Source: an uncultured Candidatus Saccharibacteria bacterium (GTDB lineage: Bacteria; Patescibacteriota; UBA1384; GWA2-35-9; CAYZGQ01). Taken from it: 41,960 bases of DNA. The notes beneath the pieces were generated by a model. It had not been told where the DNA came from. It did not search any database and saw only the letters and a list, made by a program, of their open reading frames with translations. The position numbers were made by a program, and so were the translations under genes. The DNA is taken from the NCBI GenBank assembly GCA_964478135.1, contig CAYZGQ010000003.1:1-41960 (forward strand), read 5' to 3'. Shown here piece by piece: positions 8,170-15,599 of the stretch; position 1 is the stretch's first letter; each line of letters begins with the position of its first letter.

Positions 8170-8198
8170 AATATAGTCTATCTTGAGTTAAAGAGCAA
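8170..8198 (-). promoter_or_regulatory. sigma70-like promoter for the 7669-8136 gene: TTGCTC-17 nt-TATATT (minus sense)
   Basis: Plus-strand GAGCAA at 8193-8198 and AATATA at 8170-8175, with a 17-nt spacer. Confidence 0.4.
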
Positions 8199-8222
8199 GG
8201 GCAATAGGCATGGGGTAGATGA

Positions 8223-8251
8223 TTGACCTTGCTGTTGGTTCGCGTTAGTTT
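8223..8251 (+). promoter_or_regulatory. candidate mreB promoter TTGACC(8223-8228)-17 nt-TAGTTT(8246-8251), 9 nt before ATG 8261
   Basis: Good -35 and exact 17-nt spacing, but a weak -10. No SD in the gap. Confidence 0.3.
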
Positions 8252-8260
8252 AAGCGAGTA

Positions 8261-9301
8261 ATGATCAATCGAATTTTTGGGGCGTTGAGCCACGATATCG
8301 GAATTGACCTTGGGACGGCCAACACACTGGTCTATGTTCGCGGGCAAGGCATCGTCATCAACGAGCCTTCGGTCGTGGCGATCAATAAAAAAACGCGTGA
8401 AATTCTGGCTATCGGCCAAGAAGCGATGCGTATGGTCGGCCGAACGCCGGCCCACATCGTGGCGATTAAGCCGCTTGTTGACGGGGTAGTTTCGGATTTT
8501 GAAATCACCCAAGAAATGCTCCGTTATTTTATTTCTAAGGTTCATCGAAGGCGTTTTCTTTTGGCTCGACCGCGCATGGTGGTCGGGATTCCAAACGGCG
8601 TGACCGAGGTTGAGCGCCGGGCGGTTGAAGAGGCGGCTATCAATGCCGGGGCCAGGGATGTTTTTTTGATCGAGGAACCGGTTGCGGCCGCGATCGGCGC
8701 CCGATTACCGATTCAGGAGCCGGGCGGTTCGTTTATTGTTGACATCGGCGGCGGCACGACCGAGGTGGCGGTTATTTCGCTCGGGGGGGTGGTCGCTTCC
8801 AGATCTCTTAGAGTGGCCGGTGATGAAATGAACCAAGATATAATCAATTTTGCTCGAGACCAGTTTAATATGCTGATCGGTGAAAAAACGGCCGAGGATA
8901 TTAAGATCAATATCGGTACGGCTCTGCCGGAAGAGAAGAAGCGATTCTTTAAAATGCGCGGCCGCGATTTGGTTCTGGGTCTACCCAGAGAAATAGTGAT
9001 TGAGAGCGGCCCGGTCAGCCAAGCGATTCAAAAATCAGTTAATTCGATTGTCTCGGCTATCAAGGCGACCCTTGAAGAAACTCCACCCGAGCTGATGTCC
9101 GATATTCTCGATCGAGGGATCGTTCTGGCCGGAGGCGGGGCTCTTTTGACCGGTCTTGATCGTTTAGTGGCCGCGGCCGCCGCCACGCCGGTTCACTTGG
9201 CCGACGATCCGCTGACCTGTGTTGTCCGCGGAACAGGCGTGGTGTTGGAAGATCTGGATAGTTTGCGAGAAGTTTTACTCCCAACAGCCTATGCTAGATA
9301 G
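8261..9301 (+). CDS. mreB: rod shape-determining protein MreB
   Basis: DIGIDLGTANTLVY, EPSVVA, DIGGGTTEVAVISLGG and LAGGGALLTGLD. 346 aa. Confidence 0.95.
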   Translation: MINRIFGALSHDIGIDLGTANTLVYVRGQGIVINEPSVVAINKKTREILAIGQEAMRMVGRTPAHIVAIKPLVDGVVSDFEITQEMLRYFISKVHRRRFLLARPRMVVGIPNGVTEVERRAVEEAAINAGARDVFLIEEPVAAAIGARLPIQEPGGSFIVDIGGGTTEVAVISLGGVVASRSLRVAGDEMNQDIINFARDQFNMLIGEKTAEDIKINIGTALPEEKKRFFKMRGRDLVLGLPREIVIESGPVSQAIQKSVNSIVSAIKATLEETPPELMSDILDRGIVLAGGGALLTGLDRLVAAAAATPVHLADDPLTCVVRGTGVVLEDLDSLREVLLPTAYAR

Positions 9302-10091
9302 GACGGGTCGAAACCGCCCAGTGATCCTAGGGCTGACTCTTGTTTTAGCCACTTTGTTCTTGCTAGCGCCGCCGGGTTTGGTTTTAATGATTCGCGGCCG
9401 GGCTGGTCTTGTTTTGTCTCCCCTAGCCGGTCTTGGCCAATCACTAGCTAGTCCGATTACCGGGCCGATTGAGTTTATTCGCCAGCTCGCTGTTTTAGTT
9501 CAAGAAAACCAAGCCTTGGTTGAGCGGGTCCAAGAACTCGAAGCCTCGACGGTTGAGTTGGCCGCCCTAAAGGCTGAAAATGAAAATTTGCGGCGTGAAC
9601 TCAAAGCGTCTGATCGGCCGGCCGGCCGGGAAAAATTGGTTGCCGCGGTGATCAACCGAGATCCGATTTCGCTCGGTCAAAGAGTGACACTCGACGTTGG
9701 CCGGGTCAACAATGTCTCTCTAGGTCAAGGGGTGACTGCTCAAGGTTTTTTGATCGGCCGCATTTCTCAAGTGAGCCAATACTCGTCTCAAGTAGAGCTC
9801 ATTACCAGTTACCGATTTCGCCTGCCGGTCAGATTAGTTAAAAGCGGCGCGATCGGTTTACTAAAGGGCGGTTTAGGCGGCTTAACGGTTGAAGACTTGC
9901 CCTCGGATCTAGTCTTTGAACAGGGCGAGCCGGTCGTGTCAACTCAGATCGAAAATATCTTGCCCGAGGGTTTGCCTATCGGTCAGGTCACAAAGATTCA
10001 AGAATCTTCGAACATCTTGCGGACCCTTGAAGTTGCTCCTTCTGTTCAAGCCGCCTCGGTTCAAATCGTGAGTCTTATTTTAAGCCAATGA
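9291..10091 (+). CDS. mreC: rod shape-determining protein MreC
   Basis: Position directly after mreB. N-terminal TM helix, coiled coil (ENQALVERVQELEA...LKAENENLRREL), then a beta-rich domain. ATG 9291 overlaps the mreB stop, and the ORF is open from 9219. Confidence 0.8.
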   Translation: MLDRTGRNRPVILGLTLVLATLFLLAPPGLVLMIRGRAGLVLSPLAGLGQSLASPITGPIEFIRQLAVLVQENQALVERVQELEASTVELAALKAENENLRRELKASDRPAGREKLVAAVINRDPISLGQRVTLDVGRVNNVSLGQGVTAQGFLIGRISQVSQYSSQVELITSYRFRLPVRLVKSGAIGLLKGGLGGLTVEDLPSDLVFEQGEPVVSTQIENILPEGLPIGQVTKIQESSNILRTLEVAPSVQAASVQIVSLILSQ

Positions 10092-10546
10092 TATCTTTAA
10101 TAAAATTAATTTTTTTGGCTCTGATCGGGCTTGAGTTAAGTTACTTTATCCTCTCCCTGTCCGGGTTAGGGAGAGGAATCTTTGACGGAGTCTTGTTTTT
10201 AGGTTTAGTTTTAGCCTTGCGCGCTCGCTGGCTAGACAGCTCGGTCTTGATAGTTTTGAGCGGTCTTTTAACAGATTTGTTGGGCGATCACAAGTTTGGA
10301 ACTGGACTGGGGTTCGCTTTTTTAACGGTTGTGTTTTTAGAACCGGCTTTCAAACGTTATGTCCCGGAGGGCAATTTCAGCCTTGAGTGGTTGGCGCTTG
10401 GTCTGGCCTACGTCTTAGCCAAGACCCCGATCGCGTTTGGTGATTTTGGCTTGACTGGATTAATTTTGATCAGCGCCGGTTTGAGTTCGCTGGCGGCGGT
10501 TGTGACTAGTTTTGGTCTAAAATTATTCTTTTCTAAAAATAAATAA
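10088..10546 (+). CDS. mreD: rod shape-determining protein MreD-like polytopic membrane protein
   Basis: 152-aa very hydrophobic ORF, translationally coupled (ATGA overlap) to mreC, in the canonical mreBCD position. Confidence 0.6.
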   Translation: MISLIKLIFLALIGLELSYFILSLSGLGRGIFDGVLFLGLVLALRARWLDSSVLIVLSGLLTDLLGDHKFGTGLGFAFLTVVFLEPAFKRYVPEGNFSLEWLALGLAYVLAKTPIAFGDFGLTGLILISAGLSSLAAVVTSFGLKLFFSKNK

Positions 10547-10557
10547 CTTGTTTTAAG

Positions 10558-12474
10558 GTGACGCCAAGAGGAGACAATCCATTTGGGGATCAACCATCTA
10601 TCGGCTTAGCCGGAACTGATCGCTCGGATTTTGTTGAAATAAACACCGGTCAGGCGATTAAATCATTGCCTGTTAGCTCAAGTCAATCCGGTTTTCGCTG
10701 GTTAATCGCCTTGGTCCTTTTTCTATCTTTGGGCATAATGTTTCGACTATTCAAATTACAAATTGTCGAAGGCCCTCGAAATTATGTTTTAGCCGAAGGC
10801 AATCGTGTTAGAACCAGGGTCCTGCCCGCCCCCAGGGGTTTTATCCTCGATCGGACAGGCCAAGTTTTGGCTGACAACATCTTGGGTTATGAGTTGAGAT
10901 TTAGTCCAGAATTTTTGCCCAAAGACGGCCTTGAGCGCCAAGAGGCTTTGGATAGGATCAGTCAACTGACCGGTATGAAAATAGAAGATCTTGAAACTTC
11001 CTATCAATCGGCCCGGGCTTCCAATTTTGATTTTGCCCGTCTTAAGCCGCTTGAGCGCGAACAGGCTATCCGGCTAGAAATGGATCTGGTTGATTTGCCA
11101 GCTTTGGTGATCGCGCGTTTACCCAAAAGACGCTACTTAGATTTTCCTGGATTGGGTCATATTTTGGGCTATGTCGGTAAGGTGGCTGATCAAGATTTTA
11201 ACAAGTTTCCGATCGAACGTCTCGATCGAATCGTTGGCAAGACTGGTCTAGAGCAGATTTATGAGACTACCCTTCGGGGCGATGATGGCGGAGAGGATGT
11301 CGAGGTTGACGCCCAAGGTCGGATCAAGAGGCTGATTGGCCAAAGATCGGCCAAAAGAGGTTTTGATATCGAGATGACTCTGGACGCTGATCTCCAAAGG
11401 GTGGCGGCCCAAGCGCTCGAAGACTCTCTTAAATCAAACCAGGCGCTGTCTGGTTCTGTCATAGCGATCGAGCCTGGCACAGGGGCGATCAGGGCCCTTT
11501 ATTCCGCTCCGAGTTTTGACCCAAACATTTTCGTCGCGGGCGAGTCAAATCAAATCGAGGCTTTATTAAACGATCCAAACGAGCCACTGCTTAACCGAGC
11601 GATCGGCTCGCGCTTGGCGCCTGGATCAAGTCTCAAGCCGTTTATAGCTGTGGCCGGTCTGTCCGAGGGCGTGATCAATCCAGCCACAACCCTTGACACT
11701 TCAGACGGGGAGATTATTATTGGTGATTTTCGTTTTCCCGACTGGAAGATTCATGGTCTGACTGATGTTAGCCTGGCGATCGCCCAATCGAACAACATTT
11801 TTTTCTACGCCCTAGCCGGCGGTTGGCGCAACATCAAAGGTCTGGGTTTTGATAGATTAATCAAATGGCTTAAAAATTTTCGTTTCGATCAGACGACCGG
11901 GATTGACCTGCCGGCCGAGCAAGCTGGTTTTGTCCCGGACGTCAAGTGGTTTGAAAAGAATTACCAGCACCGGCCCTATCTGGGTGATATTTATAATCTT
12001 GGCATCGGTCAAGGCCCGATTTTAGTGACACCAATAGCGCTCGCCCAGGCAACCTGTTCAATCGCTGGTACCGGAATAGTAGTTAGGCCTAGACTGGTTG
12101 ATAAAATAAAGGATCAGCAAAACAAACAAGTCAATCAGATTAAACCCCAAGTGATCAGTCAAGAGATCGCTTCCAAAGATGTTATTCAAGAAGTGGCTCG
12201 AGGCATGAGACGAACTGTTACCGAAGGATCGGCTCGATCGCTCGATGATTTAACTTGGCCTGACGGTCAAAAGGCCAATCTGGCCGGCAAAACCGGCACC
12301 GCCCAGTCGAATCGGAAGGACAAAAACCATGCTTGGTTCACGTCCTTTGGACCGGTTGAAGATCCCAAGTTGTGCCTGGTCGTTTCGGTTGAGTATGGCG
12401 GCGAGGGTCACGCCGCGGCTGTCCCTGTCGCCAGGGCAATTTGGCAAAAGTTCCTGACCCAGCCAAGGTCCTGA
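10558..12474 (+). CDS. mrdA: penicillin-binding protein 2 (elongasome transpeptidase)
   Basis: N-terminal TM helix and PBP dimerisation region. Transpeptidase motifs GSSLKP (SxxK), QSNN (SxN) and KTGTA (KTG). GTG start. Confidence 0.85.
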   Translation: MTPRGDNPFGDQPSIGLAGTDRSDFVEINTGQAIKSLPVSSSQSGFRWLIALVLFLSLGIMFRLFKLQIVEGPRNYVLAEGNRVRTRVLPAPRGFILDRTGQVLADNILGYELRFSPEFLPKDGLERQEALDRISQLTGMKIEDLETSYQSARASNFDFARLKPLEREQAIRLEMDLVDLPALVIARLPKRRYLDFPGLGHILGYVGKVADQDFNKFPIERLDRIVGKTGLEQIYETTLRGDDGGEDVEVDAQGRIKRLIGQRSAKRGFDIEMTLDADLQRVAAQALEDSLKSNQALSGSVIAIEPGTGAIRALYSAPSFDPNIFVAGESNQIEALLNDPNEPLLNRAIGSRLAPGSSLKPFIAVAGLSEGVINPATTLDTSDGEIIIGDFRFPDWKIHGLTDVSLAIAQSNNIFFYALAGGWRNIKGLGFDRLIKWLKNFRFDQTTGIDLPAEQAGFVPDVKWFEKNYQHRPYLGDIYNLGIGQGPILVTPIALAQATCSIAGTGIVVRPRLVDKIKDQQNKQVNQIKPQVISQEIASKDVIQEVARGMRRTVTEGSARSLDDLTWPDGQKANLAGKTGTAQSNRKDKNHAWFTSFGPVEDPKLCLVVSVEYGGEGHAAAVPVARAIWQKFLTQPRS

Positions 12475-12743
12475 TTGAGCCGAGTTGTCTGATTAATCTG
12501 ATTAACTTTAAGTTTCAAGCAGGCTTGGCTCGTTTTGACTCGGTCTGGAGTGTCAGTTGGCAAAGTCGATTAAGTCGCAGGACCGATCAGCCAACTCGTG
12601 GGTGACTAATTTGGCTTGATTATTTTGGCCCAAAAGGGCCAGCCGAGTCAGCCTATCAGTCTATGCCACTCAATCGGCGCTCGGTTTTTCGGGGTAAAGC
12701 GGAGTCAAAATCCCAAAGTCTGGTTTTGAATTAGTTTAGAGTC

Positions 12744-12772
12744 TTGACAACCAGTATCGGCCCGATTAAACT
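12744..12772 (+). promoter_or_regulatory. sigma70-like promoter for greA: TTGACA(12744-12749)-17 nt-TAAACT(12767-12772)
   Basis: Consensus -35 and exact 17-nt spacer, with an ~50-nt leader to ATG 12823. Confidence 0.5.
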
Positions 12773-12822
12773 GGCGGCAGGTTTGAGTCGTCTTTTAAGA
12801 TATTTTTAATTTTTGTTACAAA

Positions 12823-13278
12823 ATGAAACAAGTTGTTGTCACAAAAGAAGGTCTTACTAAAATTCAGAAAGAGCTTGACAAGCTTAAAAACGTTGACCGT
12901 CCGAGGGTGATTGAGCGGATACGAGAGGCTCGATCACTGGGTGATTTAGCTGAAAACGCCGACTACGAAGATGCTAGAAATGAACAGTCTTTCATTGAGG
13001 GTCGGATCGAAGAACTTGAGTCAGCGATCAAGCATGCTCGGGTGATTGAACACGCTTCAAAAGATGTGGTTGAGGTTGGGGCGAACATTAATATTACAGG
13101 CGAGACTGGTTTACGAACTTTCTCGATCGTCGGCGCGGCCGAGGCCGACCCGACTCAAGGCCGGATTTCTGACGTTTCACCCCTTGGTCAAGCACTACTT
13201 GGACACAGAGCTGGCGATCAAGTCAAAGTCAAAACCCCTAAAGGCGAGATGACTTACACGATCCTATCGGTGAAATAG
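12823..13278 (+). CDS. greA: transcription elongation factor GreA
   Basis: GDLAENADYEDARNEQSF, plus the C-terminal FKBP-like ISDVSPLGQALLGHRAGD. 151 aa. Confidence 0.95.
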   Translation: MKQVVVTKEGLTKIQKELDKLKNVDRPRVIERIREARSLGDLAENADYEDARNEQSFIEGRIEELESAIKHARVIEHASKDVVEVGANINITGETGLRTFSIVGAAEADPTQGRISDVSPLGQALLGHRAGDQVKVKTPKGEMTYTILSVK

Positions 13279-13300
13279 TTTATCCGAGCTTCCTAGCCCT

Positions 13301-13328
13301 TTGCTAGTTTCATCCTAGCTGGTATGCT
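13301..13328 (+). promoter_or_regulatory. promoter TTGCTA(13301-13306)-16 nt-TGgTATGCT(13320-13328), 6 nt before GTG 13335
   Basis: Extended -10 with a TG dinucleotide. No SD in the gap. Confidence 0.35.
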
Positions 13329-13334
13329 AGACAG

Positions 13335-14909
13335 GTGTTCTGGCTTGATTCAGTAGTCAAGAAACTATCTCTTTTAGCCAAGGATAACTTCCTGGTGGCC
13401 GATTATTTTACGCCATCCGGTTGGGCCCATGTCGGCCATTTGAGAACAGTCGTCATGCACAATGCCGTTTATGAAGGACTGATTAGAAAAGGTAAAAAAG
13501 CCAAGTTTCTCTATGGTTTTGACGACCTCGATCCAATGGATGGATTTATTCCTGGACTGCCGGAGAGTTTCAAGGAATTTATCGGCCGACCGCTTTCCCG
13601 CGTTCCTTCACCTTTTAAAGGAGGCAAAAGTTTAGCCGAATTTTTTGCCAAAGATTTTATCCAAGCTCTATCCAACTTGAGTATTAAGCCCGAGTATCTT
13701 AATATGTCTTCCCAGTATCAAGCGGGCGTGTTAGACCAAGCGATCAGAACCGCCCTCGATCAAGCTGACAAAATTCGTTTGATCTATCACCAAGTGACTG
13801 GTTCGCCTCGACCAGACAGTTGGTATCCTTTTCAAGTGATTTGTCAAAATTGCGGTAAAATCGGGACGGTCGAAGTCAATGGCTGGGATGGTCAATTGGT
13901 TAGTTATTTCTGTCGGAGAGATCTTGTTCGGTGGGCCAGTGGTTGTGGCTACAGCGCTCGGGTTTCGCCCTTTGGCGGTCGAGGCAAACTACCCTGGCGA
14001 GTTGAGTGGGCGGCCAAGTGGTGGATCTATCAAAACGACTACGAAGGGGCTGGCAAGGATCACTACACCAAAGGCGGTTCGAGAGATTTTGCCAGGCGGG
14101 TCGTCCAAGAAGTTTACCTCGGCCAAGAGCCGCTTGGCCTGGCGAATGATTTTTTTCTTTTGGGCGGGAAAAAAATGTCCTCATCTTTAGGGATTGGCCT
14201 GTCAGCCCTAGAGTTAACTAAACTCTTACCCGAGGAGCTGATAAAATTTATTATTTTAAGAGCCGCGCCCAACCGCCAGATTGAGTTCGATCTGGCCGGC
14301 CAGATGGTCCCCCGCTTGTTCGACCGTTTTGACTCGGCTGTTCAGTCTTGGGTCCAGCAGACTAAAAATAACGACCCCGATGTCGCGGCGCTCGGCCATA
14401 GTTTTGTGCCTGGACTCAAGCCTAAGCCAGGCTATAGGATGCGTTTTAAACAAGTGGCCCAATTGATTCAGATGCCTCATATAGACCTTAAAAAGCAGGC
14501 CGTCCAAGAGGCGGGCCGGGGTTTGAAAACTTGGGAATTGACAGAACTTGAAAAAAGGATTGATCTGGCTAAACTTTGGCTCAAAAACTGGGCCCAAGAT
14601 GATTTTAAAATGGTTATTTCGCCTAATCTGCCGGCAAGCTCAAAAGATCTATCAGCTAAACAAGTCAAATTTTTAGTCTCACTGGCTGATCTTTTATCCA
14701 GCCGCGAAAGTTGGACCGGCCAGGAGGTTCACTCAATGATCCACCAACTCAAAGGAGACTTGACGCTTTCGCCAGCTCAAGCTTTTGGGGCAATTTATCG
14801 CGTTTTTTTGGATCGTGACAGCGGCCCTCAAGCCGGCTGGTTTTTAGCCTCGCTCGATCGAGACTTTGTGATCAAAAGATTGGCCCAGGTTAAATCATCA
14901 ACTGACTGA
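13335..14909 (+). CDS. lysK: class I lysine--tRNA ligase
   Basis: Class I LysRS signatures TPSGWAHVGHLRT (HIGH-type HVGH), FDDLDPMD and GGKKMSSSLG (KMSKS-type). 524 aa. Confidence 0.85.
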   Translation: MFWLDSVVKKLSLLAKDNFLVADYFTPSGWAHVGHLRTVVMHNAVYEGLIRKGKKAKFLYGFDDLDPMDGFIPGLPESFKEFIGRPLSRVPSPFKGGKSLAEFFAKDFIQALSNLSIKPEYLNMSSQYQAGVLDQAIRTALDQADKIRLIYHQVTGSPRPDSWYPFQVICQNCGKIGTVEVNGWDGQLVSYFCRRDLVRWASGCGYSARVSPFGGRGKLPWRVEWAAKWWIYQNDYEGAGKDHYTKGGSRDFARRVVQEVYLGQEPLGLANDFFLLGGKKMSSSLGIGLSALELTKLLPEELIKFIILRAAPNRQIEFDLAGQMVPRLFDRFDSAVQSWVQQTKNNDPDVAALGHSFVPGLKPKPGYRMRFKQVAQLIQMPHIDLKKQAVQEAGRGLKTWELTELEKRIDLAKLWLKNWAQDDFKMVISPNLPASSKDLSAKQVKFLVSLADLLSSRESWTGQEVHSMIHQLKGDLTLSPAQAFGAIYRVFLDRDSGPQAGWFLASLDRDFVIKRLAQVKSSTD

Positions 14910-14910
14910 T

Positions 14911-15258
14911 ATGAGAATTATTATAAAAAGCAGACAGATCGAGCTTGATCAGGATTTGAAAAAGTATGCCCTAGACAGACTCAATCGGTTAATCAAACTG
15001 ATTGTTGAGCCGGCTATTGTCGAGCTTAATTTTGAAGACGAGCGGGGTGGACTGAAACAAGGTCAAGACAAAAAAGTTCAGCTGAATCTGATACAGGTCG
15101 ATCGTTCAGAGCCGATTCACGCCAGTCGGCTAAGCGATTCTTTCAAAGCGTCTTTTGACTTGGCGCTCGATCGGCTCGAGCGCCAGCTCCGGCGCGATCA
15201 TTCCAAGGCAATCAAGCGATCAAGCCCTAGTTTAAGAAACTTGTTTGATCGGGTTTAG
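14911..15258 (+). CDS. hpf: ribosome-associated inhibitor / hibernation factor, short form (RaiA/HPF, S30AE family)
   Basis: 115 aa. ...IELDQDLKKYALDRLNRL... and the C-terminal SFDLALDRLERQLRR are typical of sigma54-modulation/S30AE proteins. Sits immediately upstream of secA, as in Firmicutes. Confidence 0.8.
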   Translation: MRIIIKSRQIELDQDLKKYALDRLNRLIKLIVEPAIVELNFEDERGGLKQGQDKKVQLNLIQVDRSEPIHASRLSDSFKASFDLALDRLERQLRRDHSKAIKRSSPSLRNLFDRV

Positions 15259-15330
15259 CGTATTTAATCAAAAAAACCGGTCTGGCTTGGCTGACTGTTC
15301 AATCAAAGCGATCGGACAATGTGAGTCGAT

Positions 15331-15376
15331 ATAAAAATAGTCCCGCCAGGCGCAGGAGCGGGCAAGCGCCTGGCGG
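15331..15376 (-). terminator. intrinsic terminator (minus sense): 11-bp GC-rich stem followed by UAUUUUUAU
   Basis: CCGCCAGGCGC (15343-15353) / GCGCCTGGCGG (15366-15376) with a 12-nt loop. The plus-strand ATAAAAATA at 15331-15339 gives the U-tract on the minus strand. Confidence 0.6.
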
Positions 15377-15484
15377 TCTTATGGACGGGCCAAAAACAAG
15401 CCTGGGCCCGCCTAAGAGTTGCCGCTTCCCACACCCTCATGTGAGAAACGGCTTTTTAATAACGCCCTTAAACTACAAGGGCGT
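15333..15484 (-). ncRNA. candidate orphan small RNA (~150 nt, four hairpins), family not recognised
   Basis: Own promoter (15490-15518) and terminator (15331-15376). Hairpins at 15462-15484, 15421-15452 and 15384-15412 include three positions that pair as G-U only in the minus-sense RNA. No credible ORF or SD. Confidence 0.5.
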
Positions 15485-15489
15485 ATTAG

Positions 15490-15518
15490 ATTATCTTGAA
15501 TTTGAAGTCTGGTGTCAA
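15490..15518 (-). promoter_or_regulatory. sigma70-like promoter (minus sense) TTGACA-17 nt-GATAAT driving the candidate sRNA
   Basis: Plus-strand TGTCAA at 15513-15518 and ATTATC at 15490-15495, with a 17-nt spacer. Confidence 0.5.
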
Positions 15519-15560
15519 GTTTTCAAAGAATATACTTTACCGATTTTTTCTAGCCGGCTG

Positions 15561-15589
15561 ATGACGCGGCTCCAATTTTTTGCTACAAT
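15561..15589 (+). promoter_or_regulatory. secA promoter: ATGACG(15561-15566)-17 nt-TACAAT(15584-15589) with extended TGc, 10 nt before ATG 15600
   Basis: TGcTACAAT is identical to the element upstream of the ftsA-like gene. No SD in the gap. Confidence 0.4.
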
Positions 15590-15599
15590 TTCAAAACTA

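Noticed and set aside
12475-12743. Long spacer between mrdA and the greA promoter, with tandem CTGATTAA x2 (12489-12505) and a TGGCCC-AAAA-GGGCCA hairpin (about 12633-12648), as an ncRNA
   Set aside because: I found no promoter/terminator pair, no extended or strand-specific structure, and only short repeats. This is insufficient evidence.
15333-15484. Identification of the hpf-secA RNA as SRP RNA, tmRNA, RNase P RNA or 6S RNA
   Set aside because: It lacks the GNRA-capped helix with conserved AGCA/GGAA loops, a tRNA-like end, GAGGAAAGUCC and terminal end-to-end pairing. At about 150 nt it is also the wrong size for tmRNA or RNase P. It remains unassigned.
15321-15599. 93-codon N-terminal extension of secA from the GTG start in the ORF track
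   Set aside because: The extension has no SecA similarity, whereas the canonical SecA N-terminus begins at MIKRFLGKL (ATG 15600). The extension also overlaps the minus-strand sRNA unit and the TGcTACAAT promoter element.
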